A DNA stretch of 64,000 nt from Octopus sinensis. Taxonomy: Eukaryota. The notes under the pieces were generated by a model, which did not search any database, was not told the DNA's origin, and saw nothing but the letters and a program-made list of their open reading frames with translations. The position numbers and the translations under genes are program-made. The stretch is from NCBI RefSeq assembly GCF_006345805.1, contig NC_043006.1:19096001-19160000 (forward strand), written 5' to 3'. Position 1 is the stretch's first letter; the number at the start of each line of letters is the position of its first letter. Below are positions 40,400 to 52,661 of the stretch, in pieces.

Positions 40400-41050
40400 T
40401 ATCTAATAGTTTAGTAATCGACGGAAAATGTAGAAATATTTGGTTTTGATGCAAAATGAGAATTGCTGAATAGTGTGAAATGAGGCTAAATTTGTATTCC
40501 AATAGCATAGTGTCAATGAACGACAAAACTAGATGCTCGTTTCTTCACACCGTTTCAAACGTATTCAATGTTTGCATTATTTATTTGCTTCATGGGATTA
40601 TTGCTTTGAAACTGTCATAGAATGGTGAGAATTATATCTTCTGCAAATGGCCACCACTGAGATATGTTTCACAACACCTCCTCAGGAATATCTGTCCTCC
40701 ATCATTAACTTTCGTAGGTTATCAGTTTCATCTTGTGTATCGCTGCCAATAGCACCAGTCTACCTGAATGGTCGTGGTCATCTGTTAGTTAGCGGAAATA
40801 TCTCAAATATAAACTTTGGCACGATCTGTTGTTCACAATAGCAGTGGTCAGAATTTCACACCTTGCGTCTTGACAATTTGCATTAAAATTGTTGGACATC
40901 AATTACTGTAAAATAATGCTTATCAGTAAAATAAAACTGACGTTCAATAAATTTGCAATACCGTTGAAATATGAGCATTCGTTTTCCTTTTACCCACACA
41001 CATAATTTCCATACATTTCGAAGCACAATTTTTACAAAAATATATAGATT
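40400..41050 (-). mobile_element. Possible highly decayed piggyBac-like transposase fragment
   Basis: Weak motifs FYFTDKHYFT (cf. DNYFT), GGV and QWWPF (cf. KWWWP); heavily interrupted. Confidence 0.3.
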
Positions 41051-41160
41051 AAAACTGTTCAACTAGTAAATATTATAGGCAATTGCAATACATTGATAAT
41101 GAAAGGTATAGTCAACCTTAACGGAGTTTGAACTCAGAACGTAAAAACAGACGAAATACC

Positions 41161-43340
41161 AATTCCTTTATTGCCCACCGGGGGCCGAACATAGAAATGG
41201 ACAGAACAACTGATGGGATCAGTAATGCGATATGATTTTACATATAATGTGACTTTCAAAATTTAAATAAAATATTAAAATATCGAATGAAATTAACAAT
41301 ACAGAGACAATACAAATGAAGAGATGATCAGGCCACGCTCCGTCCCCACAAGACCCAATCTATCTCTGGTACCTTTTGTTTTGTTCTTTTCTTTTTCGTC
41401 TTATTCACATGGTTCCTTGCACGCACAGCACTCATGCAACATGCTTCCATCTTTTGTGAACACACTCTCCGACAGGCATCTCTTCAGCAACCACACCATC
41501 CTTTTCAAGTGAAAAGTGAAAAACGATCTCGTGGCTGGAAATAAAGTTACCTGTTTTAATACCTTTTGTCCTAAGCTACCATACTGCCTCTTTCGCTATT
41601 GCAACAACAGTGAGTAAACAATTCTTACATTCATTTGTAAAAAAATTCCGGTTGGTCAATTTTTATAATTGACCCAGTGGACAGCTGTACTCTTCCTTCG
41701 CCGGACAACAGGTGTTGAGATATCTCCGAGCACTGGACAATAGCGTGAGGGACGGTTTCCCACCCCCACATCTTCGACAGGTCGTAGAGTGAGACTTTCC
41801 ATGTCTTGCGAGTTTATCCCGAATGGGCAAGGCTCCCCTGTAACATTACCAGGTCAACGACTTATAAAAATTGTGCAACGTTCTCGACCCGAATGTATGG
41901 TGGAACAGGCTGTCGAGTTGAATATACCCGAGACTTAGAGTCGCCACCCCCAGGCCATCGTTACATTCAGACTCTACCAACCCACTATATCAAAAACGTG
42001 TAGAACCCCCACCGCTGGCGTTGCCCAAGCGCCGGAATAGCAGGAGGGCCTTACGACACTTCATATGCCACTTACTCGATCTCGGTCTACGAGAACACCA
42101 GGCTTCCTGTTTGCAAAAACTTTTGAACTCGGGGAACATTTGTCTGGCGGAGACCACACCCATTCACCATCCAGGAGAATCTAGAGATGCCTCAACCTCA
42201 ACGCATGCCTGCGCATCATTAACCAAGGCATCCCTAAACCTCCCTTTAACGACTTCTGAAAATAGATAGAGCGTTTCACAAGTGGCGACTTGCCCATCAA
42301 CAAAAAAAGCGAAAGAGCTGCCTCACCAACCTGATCACCCACGAATACTGACAGGTCACGGCGGTCAGGCGGTAGGGAATGACCGATGCCATATTCACAT
42401 TGGCCACCTCCGTCCTCCCTTTCTGGGATAGCCACCGCCAAGACCAGGTCTTGACTATTGCAGCCACCCTGCTCGAAACCTCCGTCCAATTCTTTTCTAT
42501 CTGGAGGCCTGATCGAAACCAGACTCCCAGCAATTTAACCGGTCCCTCCGTCCAGCGCCCAACAACGCTGTCTGAATGCATCGACTTGCCAACCCAGGTG
42601 CCGAGCTGCAAACCAACCGACTTTGCACGGTTGATCTTTGCTCCTGCTACCGTCTCGTAAACCTCAATAGCCGTTTACTGCGGATCTGCCAGTTGAAAGT
42701 GACGTAGCACATCCCGAAAGCCAGGGTTATATTTTCTATTCATGTTCGAGCCAACACAATCTGTGCGTGAGTCACAAATTGTGTTAAAGTCTCCTATCAA
42801 TACTAGCGAATGCGACATGGCCATGAACTTGCACAGGTCACGAAAATATTCACTTTGTGGACCCATAACGTTCGGTGCATAAATTGCAGCCAGCCTGATT
42901 GTCTTGACAGAACTGAAAGTCAGGCCGAGAACGACCAGCCTGCCTTCTAGATCAGAAAAAAAACAACCTTTCCTCGGTTAACCGGTTTCTTTTTAGTAGG
43001 ACCTCCACCACCAGCCCGACTTGGAGAAACGTATTTCTCGTAGCCATTCAGGAGGTGGAGCAGCTCTCTTGGCCACTTCACCCGAGTTTCCGTTGCAACA
43101 ATTGCATCAAAGTTTCTTGGCCTGATATCATTTAGGAAGCGTCTTGCTTCCAACTCGACATCAGGTCACGGGCATTTATACAACCAATGTGAATAGACGT
43201 GACTTACCTTGTAAATAGAGGCGTCCTGTGGAGAGGGACTCTTCACCTTTTCGTGACTTAGGGTCGGAGGTAGCAAGCCTTCAAAAATAGTTTCTCACTA
43301 CCAAGTGAACTCACAGTTCTTTCGTTGGCTCAGGTTTATA
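41161..43340 (-). mobile_element. L1/Tx1-clade LINE ORF2 remnant: APE endonuclease, RT core deleted, thumb/C-terminal region and 3' tail kept
   Basis: IGCINAR, DAIVATETRV, AAIYAPN, VLIGDFNTI (APE); then ETVAGAKINRAKSVGLQLG...VKLLGVWF, GETVPHAIVQC; tail GGCCCCCGGTGGGCAATAAAG. Confidence 0.88.
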
Positions 43341-43595
43341 GTAGTAAGCATTTGCCCATTGTATGTAACGGTGTATTTAAATATGAATATTTATTGAAGC
43401 TTTTTTTTTTAAAGAAAGATTTTGAATAACAAATGAGCATACTAGACTGTTCTACTCAAATACGAAATATGCTTAACTTTTTCCTTATCTGACATGCGTG
43501 CTCCCTTAACATACTTCTACACAATCCCTTTCACCTCATCTGCGTCAACAAATCTTTGTCCCCAAAGACATTGAGGTAAACGAACTAAAGCAAAT

Positions 43596-43778
43596 ACCTG
43601 TATTTCAAAGGGCCGGCCTTGTCACTCTCTGTGTCACGCTGAATATCCCCGAGAACTACGTTAAGGGTACACGTGTCTGTGGAGTGCTCAGCCACTTACA
43701 CGTTAATTTCACGAGCAGGCTGTTCCGTTGATCGGATCAACCGGAACCCTCGTCGTCGTAACCGACGGAGTGCTTCCA
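43596..43778 (+). mobile_element. 5'-truncated SINE family C copy
   Basis: Matches ~21515-21697. Confidence 0.9.
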
Positions 43779-45169
43779 TCATGTGCTCCTTTACGTACTT
43801 TTATGCCACTAGTGGTATTTGAAATAGTGATCTCTATCACAGGCATTTATATTTACTGGGTTAATGTGTCATTAAATGGTCGAGCTCATTTTTTTTAATT
43901 ATCTCTATGTTTAACATTACTTTGAGCTTCTAGGTTCAATTCCAGTTGTAGGTTATCAACAGGAGTATGGCATCCACATTGCTGAATTACAATACATGAA
44001 AACGAAATCAAAATATATAATGGTATTATTATTTCACGTTGTGAGAAATCTTACATTTATCTCATTTACGAAATTAAAGACAAGAAATCGGTCTCTCTAA
44101 ATGAACCGTTGAAAATTATTAAGCACTCCCTCATAATCGACATGAATGTTTTCTACCTACGATTTTATATACTCAGCCATTGAAAGTAAAATAACTGGTA
44201 CAAATCGATGACACTCCACTCAGAATAATGAAATTCTAACGATCACTATGTCTGGAATTTTCTTGGAAATACGTTTCCTGAACGTACTAAAACAAACTGG
44301 TGAAATTGATGAAGTATCATTGATGAGTAAACTATTGATTTTTTTTTATAGACAGCCTAAAGCTTCTAGCTTAATGAAATGGGGACATTTGATTCATCAT
44401 AAGAATGTCACTTATCGATCTTGGAGAAATGAAAAGTAAGGTTGACCATCACAGGATTTAAAGGCAGATATAAAGTGATATAATTAAATGCCTTAGTAGT
44501 TTTTATGACGGAAATTCACACTTTGTGTTACTCACTGCTATTATCATTAACTTAATTACAATCTGAGCCAATAATGAGTGGACACGACTGATCTGGACAA
44601 CAACAACTCTATCTATGCAGTCATTTGACCTGTAAGAAATAGTAATCATATTCTCTCGAATTACATCATAACATCTTAAGATAATTTAGTTTTAGACACA
44701 TTAACGTGATCTCAGTGGTCAAGAGCAGAGTGTCTTTGATCATAGATCTGCTTAATCTAAAAGGAAAGTTTAATGGAAGCTAAACTAGGATTAAATACAA
44801 TAAGTATTGAAATTAACCATGTTTTATAACATTGACACAAGTCCACAGAGACTGAAGAAGAATTCGATCCTCCCCAACAAAATAATTATTCTGAACTTTT
44901 GAGAACAGTTCACGAATTTAATAGTTTTGTCGATCACATTTATTTCATTATTGTTTTTAAATTATATTTTATTACTTTTAAGGTAATGGGAAGTATTTTC
45001 GAATACTTTCAGATTTGAAACTACAATCAAACGAGCATAACTATTTAATGCAAAGTATATTGTCTCTGGAGGAATAGATTTATACATTCGTAAAGTATTA
45101 CACATTTGAAAAGCAGAAGCCGTAGATATTTAAATCACCTTCCGGTATATTTCATTTATTTCTCTCTTC

Positions 45170-45208
<39 letters not shown>

Positions 45209-46583
45209 AACACCACCCTGTAAAGAATATAAGAAAACGCTATAAGACTTCCACTCAATCATTTCTACCAAAGCGTATACTGTAGATATCTTCTGCATCT
45301 CAAATCGAGTTGCTGTGAATTGTTATCTAGAAAAATTTGTGCTGTTTTGCAGCGGTTTTTGTGCTTGTGCTGTCTCTCCACATTTGAGGAGGGATGGCTA
45401 AGTCTTTCAAAAAAACATGTTTTATTCAGACCAAAGCGGGTCGTCAGAGCTGTCATAAGAATTATCATCCGGAGGATGAGATCGTGCGAGCGGTAGAAGT
45501 AATGGACAAGTGCCTGAAGAAAAAGAGTTTCGCAGAGGTGACGGAGATTCCTAAATATAAATTTCGAAAAAATGTTAGAGAAGATGGTGACGTGAAATTG
45601 TCACCACCTCAGGAAGTTATGAGAAATATAGAAGAAAAGAAGATAGTCTATAAAATTTATTCAGTAAAAGAAAAAGAATTGAAAGTGAACCTGCGGATGT
45701 GATAGAAAAGGCATTGAGGTCAATATGGCAAGATATAAAATATCTTGCCAGATGAAGCAGATATAGCACTGTCGATGTATATTTTAAAAGCAAGGAAAAG
45801 GTGAAGGGGAACTTAGTAAACCTATTGAAGACGGAAAGGTTGATCCTCCTACCTACGTAGCTTGGAAGAAGTTCTAGGGTCAAGGAGGAGGGAATCCCTT
45901 CTAACATAGACGTGGCTTGTGTGGCAGCGACGGTGCTTCTGGGAAGGGGAAAACAGTAGCCGTACAACATGCCACAGAGACGGAGGCTAGCAAGTGGAAA
46001 GGAACGGTACTTGATGTCACAGTGCAAAGTACAGTAGAATTTTTGGAAAATATGGTGGAAACGGTGTCGATCCTAGAAACACTGCTCAAGATTTGGAAAG
46101 AGGGCAGAATCCCTCGCTGCTTAAAATGTGGCCAAAAGGGCCACATTAGAGCGGACTGCCCTCTAAATAACTACTAGGAAGTCCTGGAGGAGGTCGAGAA
46201 GGAGCCGAAGACGGTGAAAAGAACGATAGAATCGGACAAGGAAGAAACATGGGAAGTCGCTGAAGGAAGAAAGCAGAGGAAGAGGAAGAAGCAAAGTCAG
46301 TGTGAACCCCAACCCGTACCCATCCCATTCATACCTTCTCGAATCCAACCTTCCCCCACGGACACAAAAAAGAAAAAAAAGCACAAACACACAAAAAACA
46401 CAATCCTCCTCTCCCACTTGTTATGCGTGTGTTTTAGTCAAAGGGGTAAACATGGAATTGGTAGAAAATGTAACAAGATGGAAGGACACGAAATTTGTAA
46501 ATATGAAAGAGAAAGAAAAAGGAAATTACAGTCATTTAGCATGTTGGTGCAGGGATGTCGGTTAAGACAGATAGAGGAGTATA

Positions 46584-46814
46584 TGGCGGCGAGCTGGCAG
46601 AAACGTTAGCACGCCGGGCGAAATGCTTAGCGGTAATTCGTCTGCGTTACGTTGTGAGTTCAAATTCCGCTGAGGTCGACTTTGCCTTTCATCCTTTCGG
46701 GGTCGATAAATTAAGTACCAGTTACGCACTGGGGTCGATGTAATCGACTTAATACCTATGTTTGTCCTTGTTTGTCCCCTCTGTGTTTAGCCCCTTGTGG
46801 GTAATAAAGAAGTA
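46584..46814 (+). mobile_element. SINE family B copy with 24-bp TSD
   Basis: GGTTAAGACAG(A/G)TAGAGGAGTATA at 46560-46583 and 46815-46838. Confidence 0.92.
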
Positions 46815-46904
46815 GGTTAAGACAGGTAGAGGAGTATAAGGAAGGTGTTAAATTTAGAATGGTGTTATGTAACATAAAGAAGTCAAGCGGTATAAAAATG
46901 AGGG

Positions 46905-47541
46905 GATCTTTTCCTTTTGAACGGCAGACAATTTCTAGTTAACTAAACACTTTAAAACTTCGTATACTGGTAGAATGTGTCAAAATAAAACATTTTTTTC
47001 TCTTGACTTTCTTGAAAAAATTGTAATTTATTTGTTTAGCGTAGTTTAATTTTTCGAATTTTAACCAATCCTATGCTCTCTTTTGAGCTAAAATCCTTTG
47101 CTGCGTCTAAAACTGAGACAACATCCTGTAACTAACCCTAAACCTCCCCCCTAACCCTAACCCTAAATTTTTTTCTCAATTGTTAAATTAATTTAATTGT
47201 TACGCGTTTAAAAAAAAAACTAAAGCAATGGAATTAAATTAATTTAACGATTAAGAAAAAAAAATAGGGTTAGGGTTAGGGGGGAGGTTTAGGGTTAGTT
47301 ACAGGATGTTGTCTCAGTTTCAGACGCAGCAAATGATTTTAGTTGAATGGAGGTAATCGATTGGTTAAAATTGCCGAAATGCTCGGATTTTCAGACGAAA
47401 TATCTTACAAACTATAGAATTTTCTCAATAAAACCAAGAGAAAATGATGTTTTATAAACACATTCTACCAGTATACGAAGTTTAAAAGTGTTTAGTTAAC
47501 TAGAAATTGTGCTGACATCTGCCGTTCAAAAGGAAAAGATC
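46905..47541. mobile_element. Foldback/MITE with long TIRs and internal TAACCC/GGGTTA repeats
   Basis: GATCTTTTCCTTTTGAACGGCAGA...TCTGCCGTTCAAAAGGAAAAGATC; inner arms also complementary. Confidence 0.85.
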
Positions 47542-47770
47542 TAAATGGGGAAATAGAGGAAAGATATGGGATAAACATGAATAAGGTTTAAAAGGAATTA
47601 AATGATGCTACTGAGGTGGGGTAGGTATCACATTTTCATTTATCATTTTCATTGTCATGCATAGTTATCATATTTTTACTTTTTAATTGTTATACGCCAC
47701 CACGTCTTGTCTTGTCCAGTCTGAGTGCGCGCATTATGGGTAATAAAAAAATTAAATAATTTCTACCAAA

Positions 47771-49590
47771 CCATATACAGCAGTAAGGTCTCGCGTTCTG
47801 AAGTTTGCTTTTTGTGCTGGTGTTTTCTGTGGTGTTTGAGTGTTTTGTGCTGCTTTAGCAGTGGTTTCTAGTTGTGCTCTCTCTCTCTCTCTCTCTCTCG
47901 ATAAAATCGAGAGATAGCATGACAAAAAGGAGTTTTCATTCAGACTTTAGTCGTTCCGGATTGTCCGCTTCGGAGGAAGAACTGGTTCGTGCATGCGGAA
48001 GGATGGATAACATTCTTAAAAGTTTTGCAGAAGTGAAGAAAAAGGAGGTAGACCTTTCAAATATTGAAAGATGTGAAAAAATGGCAACTAGAGTAGGTGG
48101 TGACGTTAAGCTGTCACCGCCACCCCAGAAGATAATGGACAACAAACTAAATATGGAGAAGAGGAATTTTGCCGACGTGGCAAAATGCCAGGAGAAGGAA
48201 ATAAGTATTGAAGAATTTGGAAGGCATAAAGATTTAATTAGTCGGGAGGGCTTTGAGGTAAAGCTGTCCCCCCACCTCCACCCTCTCAGACAAGAAACAG
48301 CATTAAGGGGAGGACAATAACGTACAGAACTTATTCGATAAGCAAAGGTAAAATTGATATTGTAACTACAGCTGGAAAAGTCTCTGAGGCCGATCTGGAA
48401 AGATATCGGTACCTCGCAAGAGGTTCGATGTTTGGAGTAGTGGAGGTGAGGTTCAAGGACGCGGTATCTGCAAGGAAACAAGCGGCGACATCTATCAAGA
48501 GTGAGGAAGTGATGTTTTTGCCCACTTACAGAGGACTAAGAGCAACAAGAATAAGTGTTGAAGGAATCCCGCCGGAAATCTATGTGTCCTGTGTGGTCGA
48601 CGGTGTCCTTTTTGGTAACGAGGACAGCATAGTGGTTCTCCAGGCCACAAAAAAGGAAAGCATGATGTGGAAGAGACAAACACTAAACATGATTGTCCAA
48701 GGATCAGCCGAGACTAGAAAATATCACGTCCATAATCATGGATGAAGTGATAATGACGGTCAGTGGAGGGCATAGTTCCACGCAGTTTCAAATGTAGCCA
48801 GAAGGGGCACCATTAGAGCTGACCGTCCTTCACAAACCAAGAAAGCAGAGGAGAAGAGATTAAACAAGATAAAGGAGCAAAATGAAGAGAGGCTGAAGAG
48901 GTCTGGAAAGGAAGAAACCAGAAAGGGGGGGGGGATATAGCAACGGAGGATACGTGGGAGAAAGTCACCATAAGGAAGAGAAAGAAGGCAAGTGATTCGA
49001 ACTGTAAACCCTGACCCACACCCATGCCACACACACACCCTCCCAGACACCCCTCCCCCAGCAGACACTAAGCCTACCCATTCCAATCCGACACGAAAGA
49101 AGAAAGCAAACACACACAAAAGAATTCCAAGCTCCTTCCCCCAAGTCAAAATAAAAGGAAAAAGAAATGCAAAGCTTTCATGCTATATGGATCCAATAAC
49201 GAATTGATACATGAGTCTTATTCATGGGAGGAGGTAAAGGAAGTAGGAACGCCTGGATTTGATAACATCGGGGAGTGGCACAGGTGTGTGCTCCCAACAA
49301 AGGTGCAAGAGGCGATAATATATACGTCTGAACACGGTTACAGTTATTGGGAGTTAGATTATTACTGGGATTTACTACCAAATTACACGACATGGGAGAA
49401 GCTATTGGAAGAAACGGGTTTTGATACGCTAGAAGGATCAGGTTTTAAAACGTAAAAAGTGCGGCGAGTGGTTCCATTTTCATTTTTCATTGTCATTCAT
49501 ATTATCATATTTAATTTTTTTTCATTGTTATATGTCCCACGTCTTGTATTGTCCCGTCTATGTGCGCCCCTTGTGGGCAATAAAGTTACA
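47771..49590 (+). mobile_element. ORF1-only (half-L1/Tx1-like) retroelement 2
   Basis: MTKRSF...ELVRACGRMDNILKSFAEV...DVKLSPP homologous to element 1; decayed knuckle PRSFKCSQKGH-IRADRP; tail GCCCCTTGTGGGCAATAAAG; TSD copies at 47755-47770 and 49591-49606. Confidence 0.82.
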
Positions 49591-49606
49591 AATCATTTCT
49601 ACCAAA

Positions 49607-49860
49607 CAATTACAACGAATTTGGATAAAACTCAAAGAGCAAATGATGTGGGAAATTAGAAGCATCAATGATATTTTAAATGAATGCAGTAAGCTAGCAC
49701 AAAAAGCGTATAAGTGCAGGCAGGATTCTGTCGGTAAAAAAGTGCACTGGTATGTTAGCCGAGTGCGTGAATTCAAAGTAGCGGAAAGGCTCTTGACATA
49801 GAATAACAATTGCAGGATTTTGTGGGATTTCTCCACGAATATTAATCATACTATTTCAAC
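49607..49860 (+). mobile_element. Decayed R4/Dong fragment (zinc-knuckle/RLE linker), the host of the two ORF1-only insertions
   Basis: QTITTNL, ECSKLAQKAYKCRQDSVGKKVHW, RILWDF. Confidence 0.7.
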
Positions 49861-50190
49861 AACAAATGGAGAGAAAATGCCTGACTAAGAGAGTGTATGA
49901 AGAATGATGGAAAGATGTAGCACGAAAGTTGCGAGTGGATGATACCACATAAATGTAAACATAGACGAAACCAAAGTATCAGTGGGGAGGCGGGGCTCGT
50001 GGGGTCCGAGCTAAACCCGCTCCCACTCCATCCGTAATGTCTTCCGGTCTGTTCCCCATTCGATTTTTTCTATTTTTGTAATTTTTGTAAATTTTTAAAT
50101 TCGCCTTTTTGTAAACCCATTCGTGTATCTGACCCCACATCAGATTGTATTGTCCCCTCCATGTTGCCCCTTGTGGGTAGTAATAGAACA
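49860..50190 (+). mobile_element. 3' end of a Tx1-like LINE
   Basis: KMERKCLTKRVYEE*WKDVAR resembles the ORF2 end of 41161-43340; GC-rich hairpin at ~49985-50025; tail TGTATTGTCCCC..GCCCCTTGTGGGTAGTAA. Confidence 0.65.
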
Positions 50191-52661
50191 TATTTCAACA
50201 ACAAAAACAGATATTGAAGAGAGGAAAAAATATACGCAAAATCAGGCTTTAAAATACCATGGTAAGAGTGGATACTAAAAAATTGAGAAAACTGAGTTGT
50301 CAAAGCCTAGCGCATTGGATGCACATTGGACTACAGCCAAAGTGATGCTACGTAAGAGACTAAAGGATATCAGCTTGTCAATTACATAGATCAAAGGACT
50401 CAACAAGTACTTATGTCATTGACCCCGAAAGAACGAAACACAATTGACTTCAGTGGTATTTGAACTCAGAACAAGACGAGCCTGAACAAATAACACCAAG
50501 AATTATTCCTACAGTCTACAGATTCTATATGGTAAAAATCAAAGACAACTCCGCTCGGGATTTGAAGCGTGAATTTATAGAGAACTAGAATCAGTTTGTC
50601 AGAATTTTCCCCAATTATTGTAGACATGTTAATGTTAATAACGTTCAACCCAGGTATTGCAATTGTTCTGGTTAAAAAGAAACTGCTATTTTCCCCAGAA
50701 AAAAAAAATTAATAAATGCGTATTTGCCAATGTGTTTTGAATTGTGTATGTACTGAGCTTTCACTGAAGAGTCACAACTTGATACAAAAATGATATTAAT
50801 TATTTCACTTGTTTTGACGTGAATGACGTCTATAAAAGCGATATGTCTTGGCCAATTATTTCAGGAAGGCAATTATTTATATATAACTTCAGGCCTGTTT
50901 GTCTTTTTCTCATATGTTAAACCTACACAGATACACACAACGATAATGTGAAATGAACTGCTACGTGTTAAAACGATAACACTGGCTGCCAAATTTCATA
51001 ATAAAATAGGCATTATAAAACTAGATGCATGAATGATACGAAGTGACAATGCAACAAGAAAACTGTGAAAATTAGCTTAAATAGAGAATTATCAAATGCA
51101 AACACAGACCAACAGTATTTCGTGAACAACAACAAAATTCTAGAAATATTAGATGTTTTTTTTTATCAATTTTTACATTGCTTAAAATCTTGCAGAAAGA
51201 AATCTGGAATCATTTAGTTATACGTTGTGGTATTTAACCCATCCACACACTTATTAATTAATTATTGGACAAGTAAACGAACCCTCCTTGTCAGTTGTGA
51301 TTATTTATTTATGTTCCCGTCCAGTGACGTTGGCATTGTTCGTTGTTTTCTTCTTACCATTTCATTTCTAAATGTTTTATGCACTAAGTGACCACCAGTC
51401 AAAGAGATGGGTACTTCTCTTTCCTGTAGGGATTAAAATAGATTAGTGAAATTTGTGACGAAGTTTTCGCTTTGAAACTTTCTAATTAATTATGTTACCC
51501 ATCATTACAGTTGAAATAAAAGGAAACCTATCACTTAGTCAAACCCCCATGTACAACATCCAAACGCTATTTGAAGACGAAGATAGGAGAGAGAGTAGTT
51601 CTTTCTCCCGGTTCTCAAACGTGAAAGAGAAGGATGTGGGTCGATAAAAGGCGGCTATCTCAGGCAGACCTTGAAATTATTCGAAAGGCTGAAACAAACT
51701 GTGATATAGGAGATATAGCGCATTTGTCTAAGAGATAAGATGTCATTTTTTAAGCACTTTTTCCACAACCTGTTCCTTTAATAAAGCGGCAGTCCTGGAC
51801 CATAATTGAGGGACTATTATCATTAATATATTTAGCTGATCATAGTGTCCTACCACTTGTGGCTAGCGGTGGAAATAAGATAAGTTCATGAGCATCAGCA
51901 AGGAAAAACTAAGCAAATTAATCCACAGGACTGTTAGTTCAGCTATTATGGCCAACTTTCAAAGAAACTTGACCTAGATTTGATACCAGTTAAGTAATTA
52001 ATATTTCGAGAAAAAAACTACTGTCACACCGATACTGCCAGCCGGGTCTGTCAGATACGCACAGAGCATCGGAAATTTTCTTTACATGAATATAGCTGGC
52101 TTCAGAAATAATATTGAACAGCTGTTGTTTAAAGTTGAAAAATTTGATTATTACTCAAATTAATCGCGAAAATCGCCCCGCTGGGTCTTTTGATCAGAAA
52201 GGGGAGGGGAGCTTTGTTCTGCTTACTGGGTATGTCAAAAATAGCAGTGTGCTGGGCGTGATAAATAAGACAAGACTGATATTTCTTTCCTTTAGTCAAA
52301 TGCTCGTCTATTCTTTTCATTTACCACGTAAAAGCAATGAATGGTCAAGTTCTTGCACCCGGTCCTCAAAATTAAGAGACTGACGTATGACGGGAATGAT
52401 AACAGCGTTAGACTGCAAAAAGAAACCAACAACCGAAAGAAGGCACTTGCATTTGATAATTAGTGTAGTCCAAGATTTGTTGGATTATTTGGTTGGCTCT
52501 ATAGCTGGATACCTCGCCCCTGCTGCTGCTACAATTTCACCCTATCGTATATTTCCTATAGGATTTTCATGGTCGTTGTACACCGGATAATTTATTGTAA
52601 TTTAATTTTTGTGATACCACTTTATCCTTCATAAAATTATTATTATTAATACTAGTAGTAA

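Larger units (their letters stand above)
45273..47754 (+). mobile_element. ORF1-only (half-L1/Tx1-like) retroelement 1, with nested SINE B and foldback insertions
   Basis: Frameshifted gag-like ORF from MAKSFKK (45394) to the CCHC knuckle CLKCGQKGHIRADC; no EN/RT; Tx1-like tail; bounded by AATCATTTCTACCAAA (45257-45272) and AATAATTTCTACCAAA (47755-47770). Confidence 0.8.

Noticed and set aside
43490-43800. Possible chimera of a mariner-like ~100-bp fragment plus truncated SINE C within an imperfect duplication
   Set aside because: The flanking repeat has several mismatches and the mariner similarity is too short to support.
47131-47298. TTAGGG repeats as an interstitial telomere or fusion site
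   Set aside because: Only a few units, placed symmetrically inside a foldback element.
49980-50060. GC-rich structure considered as an HDV-like ribozyme
   Set aside because: Folds as a simple hairpin in a LINE 3' UTR; the nested double pseudoknot could not be built.
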